Of a DNA stretch of 35,328 nucleotides, positions 5,864-14,372 are shown piece by piece. The position numbers and the translations under genes are program-made. Source of the DNA: a virus; IMG/VR virus record IMGVR_UViG_3300020583_000009; one strand, written 5' to 3'. Every line of letters starts with the position of its first letter. Within the stretch, counting starts at the first letter, position 1. Under the pieces are notes generated by a model. That model worked only from the letters and a program-made list of their open reading frames with translations. It was not told the origin of the DNA and did no database searches.

Positions 5864-8098
5864 ATGTTTACCCAACGGACGGGGAAAAGCATGGAAATCA
5901 TTGCTGAACAATTGGCTGTCGAAGACATAGACAGCATAAACGAAGAATTACAAGCTTCTCTCTATGATGCTGGGATAGACGAAGCAGAAGTGTTGACCAA
6001 AGCCCGTGAAGACATGGTGCAATGGGATGGGTATTTTGGTGAAAACCAAGTACGCGGAAAAGATGATATGAACTTTGTATTGCGCGATCAATGGTCGGCA
6101 GTAGAGCGTTCGGAATTTAGTAGATTGTTTAAACCTCCGATGGTTTTTAACAAACTCTATGATCCAATTAAAAAGATTTTAGGCGAACAGCGCAAGAATA
6201 AACCTGATTTAATGGTGCGTTCAATCACTGGGAATGCCTCACAAGACCAAATCAATTTACGTGCCGACTTGGTGCGAACCATATCCTATCAATCACAAAA
6301 CGATTTAGTTTATCAGACAGCCTTTAAGCAAGCCTTAATGATGGGTCATGGTGCCTTTGAAATTCTGCTTGAATATGAAAGCCCCAAATCATTTAACCAA
6401 GTGATTCGTTATGACATTATCCCCGATGTAACAAGAACAGCCTTTGACCCAACAGCCATGAAGCCACACAAAGGAGATGGAAACTTTTGTTCTCGGCAAT
6501 TTGTTTATAAGAAGGAAGAATTCTATGCGACATATCCTCATGTGCTTAACCCTATTAGCTACTCCGATCCGCGTTCATTACTCGATTTCCAGTGGGAAAC
6601 GCGCGACTCAATCGTGGTATGTAAGTACACCCGTAAAGAATGGTTTCCAATAAAAGTATTACTGTTAACTGATGGTTCAACGGTTACAGAGGACGAATGG
6701 GAAGACATGAAAAAAGAGTTAGAGTTTAAACGCGCTCTAGCTGATAGTTCCCAAGTAGTAGGCGACATGATACGCAAAAGCATTCCAGAAGTTCATGCGG
6801 AACGCTTGAGCAAAGACTACAAGATTCGCCAATACATGCTAACCCAGAATCAAATCATTAAATTCAATGACTGGCCATCTAAATACTTGCCCTTAATATT
6901 CGTTGATGGTGATTCAAACTTCATTGACGGCCAACAATACACTCGTTCGTTTGTTCATGAGGCCAAAGATGCCCAGAAGTTTGTGAACTATGTAGGCTCT
7001 GAAATTGCAGCTGAAGTGAAGAACAGACGCCGTGAACAATGGCTTGGAACCCCGGATAACATCCAAGGCAATGAACAAATGTGGCGTAATCCTGAGCTAC
7101 AAAATGGAATATTGGTAGCAAAACCCGACCCTAAAACGGGTGCAATGCCTCAAAAAATGCAACCTTGGGAAATTTCCCCTTCATTATTGGCTCAATACCA
7201 ACGTGGTTCACAGGATATACGCGAGATTCTCGGGTTTTCAGAGAACGAAGCACTGCAAGGCAAAGACATATCAGGCAAAGCACGCCGTGAGCGCAAAATG
7301 GAAGGTTCAATGTCGGCTTATGTCTGGTTCGATAACCTTAATCAAGCAGTAGAGCAAGGCGGACGGGTTGTACTTGACCTATTGCCAGTGATTGCCGGGG
7401 AATTTGAGCGTCCAATGGTTATTTCTAAAGCGGATGGTCGTACTGATTCAATCGTATTGAACAAGGTAGTTGGTGATGATGAAGACGGCAACCCAATCAG
7501 AGAGAACGTACTTGATTCTGGCGATTACGATATTGAGATTGACACCGGGCCAAGCTTTGCGGTTCAGAAGGATATTGCGCTTGAGTTCTTCCAGCAAACG
7601 CTTGCTGCTGCTCCTCAAACTTTCCCTCTTGTGGCTGATTTATGGGCTAAGAATCTTGACGTTCAATATATGCCTCAAATTGCTGAGCGGTTTAAAACGC
7701 TTGTACCACCTGAAATCATAGCGAAAGAAGAAGGAAAACCCGCACCACCTAAACAACCTAATCCCCAAGAAATGATGATGATGCAGCAAATGAAGCAGCA
7801 ACAGCAAACCATGATGATGAACGAGCAGAAAATGAAGCTAGAGGAAGAGGCATTGAAAGAACGCGCCGAAGAACTCCAGATTCGCAAAGAGAAACACATG
7901 CTCGATCAGGCTGAAATGATTCTGAAAGCACAGCAAATGCAATCGAAGATGGGAATGGAAGAACAGAAAATCAAAATTGACCACGGGAAACTACTTCTTG
8001 ACGCTGATAAAGCCGAGAAAGATTTCTCCAAGACAATTGCGACTGTTCTTGCCGACATCCATAAACATCATAACCCACACGATAAATCCACAAAATAA
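5864..8098 (+). CDS. Portal protein
   Basis: 744 aa. Lies between terL and scaffold/MCP. Met/Gln-rich coiled-coil C-terminus like P22-type portal barrels. Alternative start ATG 5891 after GGGGAA. Confidence 0.88.
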   Translation: MFTQRTGKSMEIIAEQLAVEDIDSINEELQASLYDAGIDEAEVLTKAREDMVQWDGYFGENQVRGKDDMNFVLRDQWSAVERSEFSRLFKPPMVFNKLYDPIKKILGEQRKNKPDLMVRSITGNASQDQINLRADLVRTISYQSQNDLVYQTAFKQALMMGHGAFEILLEYESPKSFNQVIRYDIIPDVTRTAFDPTAMKPHKGDGNFCSRQFVYKKEEFYATYPHVLNPISYSDPRSLLDFQWETRDSIVVCKYTRKEWFPIKVLLLTDGSTVTEDEWEDMKKELEFKRALADSSQVVGDMIRKSIPEVHAERLSKDYKIRQYMLTQNQIIKFNDWPSKYLPLIFVDGDSNFIDGQQYTRSFVHEAKDAQKFVNYVGSEIAAEVKNRRREQWLGTPDNIQGNEQMWRNPELQNGILVAKPDPKTGAMPQKMQPWEISPSLLAQYQRGSQDIREILGFSENEALQGKDISGKARRERKMEGSMSAYVWFDNLNQAVEQGGRVVLDLLPVIAGEFERPMVISKADGRTDSIVLNKVVGDDEDGNPIRENVLDSGDYDIEIDTGPSFAVQKDIALEFFQQTLAAAPQTFPLVADLWAKNLDVQYMPQIAERFKTLVPPEIIAKEEGKPAPPKQPNPQEMMMMQQMKQQQQTMMMNEQKMKLEEEALKERAEELQIRKEKHMLDQAEMILKAQQMQSKMGMEEQKIKIDHGKLLLDADKAEKDFSKTIATVLADIHKHHNPHDKSTK

Positions 8099-8118
8099 AT
8101 TGTGGGGTCGTACATATG

Positions 8119-8132
8119 GGGTCGAAAGACCC
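8119..8132 (+). promoter_or_regulatory. GGGTC-GAAA-GACCC tetraloop hairpin after the portal gene
   Basis: 5-bp GC-rich stem with a GNRA loop. No U-tract. Confidence 0.3.
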
Positions 8133-8263
8133 TTGCAATGGGTCTAATATTTAACTATCGGGCAAAGGATTTGCCTAGGGTCTCAGGCCGCCGGAAGGTC
8201 TAGGGTTACTTGTCAACCGAATGACGAGTGACATCTTGGAGATGTCAACATGGAGAAGTTGAG

Positions 8264-9082
8264 ATGCACGAGGACGAAAACGCTTTAGCTGAACAAGTAA
8301 GTGGTGATGATCAGGATGGGCAAACGGGTGCTGTCGATCCCGGCTACGAATCGGAGCAGGAAGCTCAGGAAGTAGGCGAGGAGAACCACGAAGACGGTGA
8401 AGGACAACTATCTTCTGTGCAAAAGAGAGTACATGCACTCAAACGTAACCACCGCAAGGAAATTCGTGAACTTCATGATCGTATATCGCACATGGAGGCC
8501 ATGAGAGGCGGTGATAGCGCGAACCCCGGCCAACAGATACATCACAACCCTTATGATTCACCCGGACAGCCAACGCCGCCCGGAATGAATGAAGAGGAGC
8601 GAATACAGCACGCAGTACGCTTGGCTCTTGGAATGAAGGAACATGAAGAGAAACAGGCCAAAAATGCAGAAATGCAAACGCATGTACACAAGCAGTATCA
8701 ACGCTTGAATGATGAGTTTGATCATGCATCCGACAAGTACGACGATTTTGACGATGTGGTTAGAGGTAGCGATGTTCCCTTTACCCCACATGTGCGGGAT
8801 GCACTGTTACTCGTTGAAAATCCGGCTGAGGTAGCTTACAGGTTAGGCAAAAATCGTTCCGAACTTGAACGTATTTCAAAACTCCATCCCTTAGATCAGG
8901 CAAGGGAAGTTAACAAGCTGTCATTTAGTTTAATGGGGAACCACGGGAAACCGACTGCTAACCAAAAAACTACCCCTATGGGTGGCATTAGACAAAATCC
9001 AGTGAGTTCTTCCACTGCTGTTACAGGCAAAACGCCTCCGGGTGAAATCCGTAGGCGTATGAAGGCTGGTACATGGAAGTGA
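8264..9082 (+). CDS. Scaffolding protein (by position)
   Basis: 272 aa from ATG 8264 (GGAGAAG RBS). Acidic and helical. Lies between the portal and the major capsid protein. Confidence 0.6.
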   Translation: MHEDENALAEQVSGDDQDGQTGAVDPGYESEQEAQEVGEENHEDGEGQLSSVQKRVHALKRNHRKEIRELHDRISHMEAMRGGDSANPGQQIHHNPYDSPGQPTPPGMNEEERIQHAVRLALGMKEHEEKQAKNAEMQTHVHKQYQRLNDEFDHASDKYDDFDDVVRGSDVPFTPHVRDALLLVENPAEVAYRLGKNRSELERISKLHPLDQAREVNKLSFSLMGNHGKPTANQKTTPMGGIRQNPVSSSTAVTGKTPPGEIRRRMKAGTWK

Positions 9083-9087
9083 TCTAA

Positions 9088-9107
9088 GGGTTTCAAGGAC
9101 GAAACCC
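9088..9107 (+). promoter_or_regulatory. Hairpin GGGTTTC-AAGGAC-GAAACCC after the scaffold gene
   Basis: 7-bp perfect stem, 6 nt after the scaffold stop. No U-tract. Confidence 0.35.
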
Positions 9108-9140
9108 AAACCGAGAGACCCTTGATACACCGCTATGTAC

Positions 9141-9160
9141 CCATTTAACGGATTAAATGG
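9141..9160 (+). promoter_or_regulatory. Hairpin CCATTTAA-CGGA-TTAAATGG abutting the capsid-gene SD
   Basis: 8-bp perfect stem. The 3' arm overlaps GGAG (9159-9162) of ATG 9171. Confidence 0.35.
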
Positions 9161-9170
9161 AGACTAGCAA

Positions 9171-10382
9171 ATGGCTAACCAATTTATTACGACCGACCTG
9201 GTATCAAATACCGCGTTGGCAATGTTCGCGAACAACGCGCCTTTCGTGATGACAGCATCACGTATTTACCAAGATGACTTCGTATCTTCTGGGTATAAGA
9301 TAGGCGATACATTACAAGTACGAAGACAGAACCATTTTATCGTTGGTGATGGCTCCGTTGCTACTCCTCAATCAATCATTGAGACTGTAGAAACGATAGT
9401 TATTCAGCATCAATACCATGCTCTGATTGCGTACACTATCCAAGATTTGTCTTTGCGAATTGAAGACTTCTCTCGTTTGTTTATTGCTCCTGCGATTCAG
9501 GAAGTAATTACTCAAATGGAAAAGGATATTGCAGCTTCTGCTGAACAAGAGCTTAACTTCTTCACGGGTACTGCTGGCGTTGCGATTAACTCGTTCACCA
9601 CTGTAGATATGGCTGGTGCTAAATTGCTTGAGCAGGGCGTAAATATTGCGTCTGATGCTTATATGGCAATGACAGTGCGAGACGGTTCTAGCTTGAAAGG
9701 TGCGCTGTTAAACAACTTCACCCCTGTATTCAACGAAGACATCGTTCGTTCTTCTGCTATTGGTCACTTGTCCTATTTCGACATTTTCCAATCTCAAAAT
9801 ATCAAACGTCACCAAGCTGGTGCTGGCCCAACTTTGCATTCTTCTGATGCTTTATTGGTTAACGGTCAAGTTACTTCTGGTAACACAATCGTTATGGACG
9901 GCGCAACAGCGAGCGTTACTAACTATTTCTTAGTTGGTGATGTGTTCTCAATCAGTGGTGTTCAGTCTGTCAACCCTGTAGGTCGTGCATCTACTGGTCA
10001 AGATATGCAATGGGTAGTAACTGCCAATGCTAGCTCTGATGTTAGTGGTAACTTAACTGTACAAGTTGCTCCAATAATCATCTCTGATACGATGAACCCT
10101 AACCGTAACGTGAGCAATCCTATCCCTGATAACGCTGCTGTTACCTTGGTTGGTTCGCATAACGTGAACGTGGCTTACCCAAGCCGTGGTTTAGATATCG
10201 TTTGTCCTCCACTTTACAAGCTTCAAGTTCCTTATGCTTCTGTAGCGGTTGACCCTGAGACTGGTTTATCACTTGCGGTAACGCAAACTGGTGACATCTT
10301 AGGTTACCAAAACTATATGCGTATCGACTTACTTTGCGGCTTTAAGTGGCACGCACAATATGCGGTTCGTGTGTTGTCTTAA
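9171..10382 (+). CDS. Major capsid protein, P22-coat-protein-like
   Basis: 403 aa. The N-terminus MANQFITTDLVSNTALAMFANN...GDTLQVRR fits the P22 coat family pattern. Lies after the scaffold gene. Confidence 0.88.
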   Translation: MANQFITTDLVSNTALAMFANNAPFVMTASRIYQDDFVSSGYKIGDTLQVRRQNHFIVGDGSVATPQSIIETVETIVIQHQYHALIAYTIQDLSLRIEDFSRLFIAPAIQEVITQMEKDIAASAEQELNFFTGTAGVAINSFTTVDMAGAKLLEQGVNIASDAYMAMTVRDGSSLKGALLNNFTPVFNEDIVRSSAIGHLSYFDIFQSQNIKRHQAGAGPTLHSSDALLVNGQVTSGNTIVMDGATASVTNYFLVGDVFSISGVQSVNPVGRASTGQDMQWVVTANASSDVSGNLTVQVAPIIISDTMNPNRNVSNPIPDNAAVTLVGSHNVNVAYPSRGLDIVCPPLYKLQVPYASVAVDPETGLSLAVTQTGDILGYQNYMRIDLLCGFKWHAQYAVRVLS

Positions 10383-10394
10383 AGGAGTAAGCAC

Positions 10395-10601
10395 ATGCTG
10401 ACTTGTATTTATCACCCGTTAGATCACTACCGAGTGGTTGAACATGATGAAGCCGAACGTCTGATTGAATCAGGCGTTTGGTTTGACTGTCCAGCCAAGG
10501 CGCGAGCCTATAAGGAAGGGGTCGAAGATGATGTGAGAAAAGAAAAGGCCGAAGCTGCAAAGCCTAAAGCCCGTGGACAAATTAAAGGAGATAAGCCATG
10601 A
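10395..10601 (+). CDS. Hypothetical protein (68 aa)
   Basis: AAAGGAG RBS. Overlaps the next ORF (ATGA). Confidence 0.6.
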   Translation: MLTCIYHPLDHYRVVEHDEAERLIESGVWFDCPAKARAYKEGVEDDVRKEKAEAAKPKARGQIKGDKP

Positions 10602-10801
10602 AAGACAATAAAATGGTTCAATCTAACAACGCATTTGTTAGAGCTGAACAAGCCAAGCAAAAAAAGATGATGGGCGACCGTCCTAAGATGAAAAAGGAAA
10701 TGGAAGAATTCAATGCGTATATGAGCAATGATGGCGAAAACGCAAAAGAGTTCGGCCGTAAACTGTGTAAAGGTTTAGACGATGCATTTCCTTTGAAATA
10801 A
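10598..10801 (+). CDS. Hypothetical Lys/Met-rich protein (67 aa)
   Basis: AAAGGAG RBS. Last ORF before the terminator. Confidence 0.6.
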   Translation: MKDNKMVQSNNAFVRAEQAKQKKMMGDRPKMKKEMEEFNAYMSNDGENAKEFGRKLCKGLDDAFPLK

Positions 10802-10810
10802 ATCGATATG

Positions 10811-10850
10811 ATCGACATGTCCTTGTGATGTGTCGATTTTTTCGCTTTTT
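10811..10850 (+). terminator. Rho-independent terminator after the capsid module
   Basis: ATCGACA ... TGTCGAT stem followed by TTTTTTCGCTTTTTTT. Confidence 0.7.
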
Positions 10851-10871
10851 TTCATCATAAGGAGATGAGCC

Positions 10872-11609
10872 ATGACCCAAATCGTCAAGACTGTTAACCA
10901 GTTGATCATCAATTCACTGTACCTGATTGGCGAGTTAGGCGTTGGTGAAACACCCGATCCTTTTATGCTCAGTTCAGGACTTGAGCTAATTAATGAACTG
11001 TTAGCTAAATTTGCCGAAGACAGTATCTATATACCCTATTTGACTGAGTTGAACTTCAATCTTGTTGTTGCTCAAGCGTCTTATGTTATTTCGGACATGG
11101 TTCCTAATCCTGATGTGGTTGCTGACAGAATCGTTGATTTGTCTTTTGCAAACTACACAGTGCCAAGTGCTGGCCAAGGTATCATTTATCCACTACAAAT
11201 CATTAACAAAGCACAATACTACGGTGTTACAAGGCTATTACCCCTAAATACTAGACCGGGTTTTATCTTCCTTGATAAGCAAGACGTAGAAAGCATTATT
11301 ACCCTTTATCCTGCACCCGATCAGCCCTACCCATGTCGGTTAGGCGTTAAATGCATGATGAATAGTTTGGCGCAAAACCAAACTCTTGAAGCGTTACCAC
11401 CTTTTTACTACGGGTTCTTAAAGTACTGTCTTGCGCGTAAGTTTTTGTCCTATTACCCATCTGGTAACTGGCCTCAAACATCCGAAGATGAGTACAACGA
11501 TTATTACAGTGCCATTAAGAACGCTAACGAAACCGATGTCACAGTACGACCCTCTGCTGTTCTTAGCCGAGCCGAGCCGTTCTACTGGCAAAATATTTTG
11601 GCGTACTAA
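10872..11609 (+). CDS. Head-to-tail adaptor candidate (slot of P22 gp4)
   Basis: 245 aa. AAGGAG RBS. Immediately upstream of the gp10-like hub. Function assigned from synteny only. Confidence 0.45.
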   Translation: MTQIVKTVNQLIINSLYLIGELGVGETPDPFMLSSGLELINELLAKFAEDSIYIPYLTELNFNLVVAQASYVISDMVPNPDVVADRIVDLSFANYTVPSAGQGIIYPLQIINKAQYYGVTRLLPLNTRPGFIFLDKQDVESIITLYPAPDQPYPCRLGVKCMMNSLAQNQTLEALPPFYYGFLKYCLARKFLSYYPSGNWPQTSEDEYNDYYSAIKNANETDVTVRPSAVLSRAEPFYWQNILAY

Positions 11610-11611
11610 TT

Positions 11612-13426
11612 ATGGCGAGTGAATGCAAAGATTATGACTTTGTGGGTAGCTACGATAATCAGCGTATCAGTACGATTAACGCCGAACGTAGCGTGAATGT
11701 CTTTGAGTACTTAGATACTAATGGCAAACGTCCTAAAGCCATGATTTCGACCTCTGGATTAGTTAATTCAGCCCTAGATTTCTCGCCTGAAACAGGGGGT
11801 TCTAGGGGTACATTTGTATTTAACAATGCTATTTATCAGGTCTTTGGTTCATCATTATTTTTAATTACTGGAACACTAGACTCATTAACAAAGTCATTGC
11901 TTGGTACTTTAGTTACTGCAACGGGCTACGTTGGAATTGATGCGAATCAGTATCAAGTTATCTTCGTGGATGGTGTAGAAGGGTACATATGGGATACAAA
12001 TGCGACTACTTTTGAACCGATTACTGATGTGGGATTTCCAGCAAACCCGATTGATGTCTGTTATTTGGATGGATACTTTTTGGTTGCCGCTGGCGGTACT
12101 AACAACTTTTACTTATCCCTGATTAATCAAGGGATGGTTTGGAGTGGTGGAAGTGCCACTTTTACGGCCAACGCTGCAACCGATATTTTAACACTGAGTA
12201 GCAGCAATGCTAACTTCCAGACGGGCGTACCTGTGACTTTCACGACCACGGGAACATTACCAGCGCCATTAAATACTACAACAACCTATTATGTGATTAT
12301 GGTTGGAACCCCGACAACAAACCCGGGAACAATCAAATTGGCTACAAGTTACGCAAATGCCATAGCTGGTATTGCCATAGACATTACAACGGCTGGCGCA
12401 CCGACTAATACCATAACGGTATCAGGGCAATTGCAGTTCGGAAGTATTACTTCTCACCCGGGAACCATTGTTGCTTGTAGAACACTTCACAGACGAATAT
12501 TTTTATTCTCTCAGTTCTATACAGAGGTTTGGGAAAATGCCGGATTGGGTACGAACCTGCCATTCAGACGCAATAATTCCTTGCTGATGGAAGTAGGAAC
12601 GCCAGCAATTGGAAGTGTGGCCGTGGGATTTGACCGTATGTTCTTTTTAGCGCAAGACCGTGATGGATTGGCTGGCGTGATGGAAGTTAAGGGAACTGAA
12701 TCATTACCTGTAAGCAACAGGGCATTGGATTACCAGTTGGCGCAATACGCTGCTGGCCCGGGTGTATCTGATGCTCGGGGCATATTAATTAAAGAAAATG
12801 GCCTTATATTTTACCGTCTTAATTTTACGGCTGCGAATCATACATTTGTATTAAACGTGTCGATGAGTACTTCTGAGTCTCCTAAATGGCACGAAGAGGA
12901 GGTCATCAATGGCGATAGGCACCCCGCCCAAACTCACGCTTATTTTGCTGGTGTTAATTTCTATGGAGATTATGAGAAGGCTTTATTTTACATCGTAAGC
13001 GATCAGGTCACTACAAATAACGGTGAGCGCATCAGACGTATGAGAATAGGCCGTCAAATGAGTCCAGAAGGTTACAAGCGATTGCGCATTGACCGATGGC
13101 ACCTTGATTTATTACAGGGCGCATTGTCCACGGGTGCACTAGGATTTACTCCTGATCATGGTCTCGACAATATTTTGACGATTCCTTACGCACCTAATGC
13201 TCAACCTACCGTTTATTTGTCTGTATCAAAAGATGGAGGCCAAAGCTATGGTAATAATCTGCACTCGACAATGGGCAAAACAGGTGAGCGAACACATAGA
13301 ACCGTGTGGCGAAAGATTGGAACCACACCAAGAGGCCAAGGGTTCGTTCCTAGGGTCGAATTTTTCAGTGAGATCCCCTTCATCATCTTGGGTGCCGCTT
13401 GGAATTTTGAGATTTTACCGGAGTAA
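11612..13426 (+). CDS. Tail hub / packaged-DNA stabilisation protein, P22 gp10-like
   Basis: 604 aa. C-terminus VYLSVSKDGGQSYGNN...RTVWRKIGTTPRGQGFVPRVEF parallels the P22 gp10 C-terminus LFLSATTDGINYGRE...RVLWKRVGRIRRLIGFKLRV. Confidence 0.7.
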   Translation: MASECKDYDFVGSYDNQRISTINAERSVNVFEYLDTNGKRPKAMISTSGLVNSALDFSPETGGSRGTFVFNNAIYQVFGSSLFLITGTLDSLTKSLLGTLVTATGYVGIDANQYQVIFVDGVEGYIWDTNATTFEPITDVGFPANPIDVCYLDGYFLVAAGGTNNFYLSLINQGMVWSGGSATFTANAATDILTLSSSNANFQTGVPVTFTTTGTLPAPLNTTTTYYVIMVGTPTTNPGTIKLATSYANAIAGIAIDITTAGAPTNTITVSGQLQFGSITSHPGTIVACRTLHRRIFLFSQFYTEVWENAGLGTNLPFRRNNSLLMEVGTPAIGSVAVGFDRMFFLAQDRDGLAGVMEVKGTESLPVSNRALDYQLAQYAAGPGVSDARGILIKENGLIFYRLNFTAANHTFVLNVSMSTSESPKWHEEEVINGDRHPAQTHAYFAGVNFYGDYEKALFYIVSDQVTTNNGERIRRMRIGRQMSPEGYKRLRIDRWHLDLLQGALSTGALGFTPDHGLDNILTIPYAPNAQPTVYLSVSKDGGQSYGNNLHSTMGKTGERTHRTVWRKIGTTPRGQGFVPRVEFFSEIPFIILGAAWNFEILPE

Positions 13427-13430
13427 ATAG

Positions 13431-13730
13431 ATGGCTCGTGACTTTGACTATTTCCCAACCTATGACCCTTTAGTAAGGGATCAGGTTTATTTGAGTAACG
13501 TATGGGGCGATTTTATGGCCACATTCGTTGAATCATTACGTGAATATATGTCATCCGGTGGCATGTTTATCCCACGCCTTACCAAGGCACAAAAGGCTTT
13601 GATACAAACGCCTGTAGAAGGGCAAATGATTTACGTAAGTGACGCCAATTCGCCAACGTTGCCAAGGACGGCTTCATTACAAATATGGCAAGTGGTTGCA
13701 GGTAATGGACAATGGACAACTATTGTTTAA
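13431..13730 (+). CDS. Virion-associated hypothetical protein (99 aa)
   Basis: GGAG RBS. Lies in the tail module between the hub and the ejection-type proteins. Confidence 0.55.
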   Translation: MARDFDYFPTYDPLVRDQVYLSNVWGDFMATFVESLREYMSSGGMFIPRLTKAQKALIQTPVEGQMIYVSDANSPTLPRTASLQIWQVVAGNGQWTTIV

Positions 13731-13741
13731 CGATTAATTAG

Positions 13742-13755
13742 CACAAGGAATGTGA
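13742..13755 (+). promoter_or_regulatory. CACAAGGAATGTGA motif (copy 1): dyad CACA/TGTG around the SD
   Basis: Identical 14-mer at 17366-17379. Followed by CT-ATGGC. Confidence 0.55.
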
Positions 13756-13757
13756 CT

Positions 13758-14363
13758 ATGGCTTTCGATAGCGGACAGTTTGGAAGTGGCCTTGGTGGGT
13801 TTTTGGGTGGCATGTTTGGCGACTCCGGCAAACCCTATGACAAAGCTATGGAGCAATACCAAAAGTACATGCAAATGGGTCAAGGAGTACAACAACCTTA
13901 CTTAGATGCAGGTAAAGAAGGTCTTGGAAATTATCAGGAATGGCTAAAAGGCCAGAAAGACCCAAGCGGTTTTATTAATAACTTAATGGGTAATTACCAA
14001 GAAAGCCCTTATGCGCATATGCTTCAACAGCAAGCAATGAATGCCGGGAATAACTCAGCGTCCGCTAGTGGTATGATGGGAAGTAGCGCATTAATGCAGC
14101 AACAAATGCAAAACGCTGGTCAAATTGCTTCTGGTGATATGAACTCTTGGCTGCAAAACGTATTGGGAATTAATACGCAATATGGGGAAGGTCAAAAAGA
14201 TTTGAAAAACGGTGGTCAAAACGCGGCTAATTCATTGACCGATATGTACAATCAAATGGGCGGAAAAATGGGTGAAGCAGCCTATGGGAAGGAAGCAGGA
14301 AAGAAAAATGACTTCTGGAACACCATTGGCGGCGGATTAAGTATGCTCGGCAGCTTTTTATAA
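13758..14363 (+). CDS. Ejection/internal virion protein candidate 1
   Basis: 201 aa from ATG 13758. Gly-zipper ends (GSGLGGFLGGMFG; IGGGLSMLGSFL) and a Gln/Met/Asn-rich core. Confidence 0.6.
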   Translation: MAFDSGQFGSGLGGFLGGMFGDSGKPYDKAMEQYQKYMQMGQGVQQPYLDAGKEGLGNYQEWLKGQKDPSGFINNLMGNYQESPYAHMLQQQAMNAGNNSASASGMMGSSALMQQQMQNAGQIASGDMNSWLQNVLGINTQYGEGQKDLKNGGQNAANSLTDMYNQMGGKMGEAAYGKEAGKKNDFWNTIGGGLSMLGSFL

Positions 14364-14372
14364 GGATATAAA

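Noticed and set aside
8175-8438. 87-aa minus-strand ORF across the portal-scaffold gap
   Set aside because: It lies antisense to the scaffold start in a unidirectional late operon. Its Arg/Pro/His-rich sequence is typical of an off-frame translation of GC-richer DNA.
13742-13755. CACA-N-TGTG dyads as NrdR boxes for the NrdR-like ribbon
   Set aside because: The NrdR box consensus (acaCwAtATaTwGtgt) has 8 nt between CAC and GTG. These sites have 7 nt (13742, 17366), 8 nt with G-rich non-AT content (2864) or 10 nt (708). I kept this only as a speculative test, not a claim.
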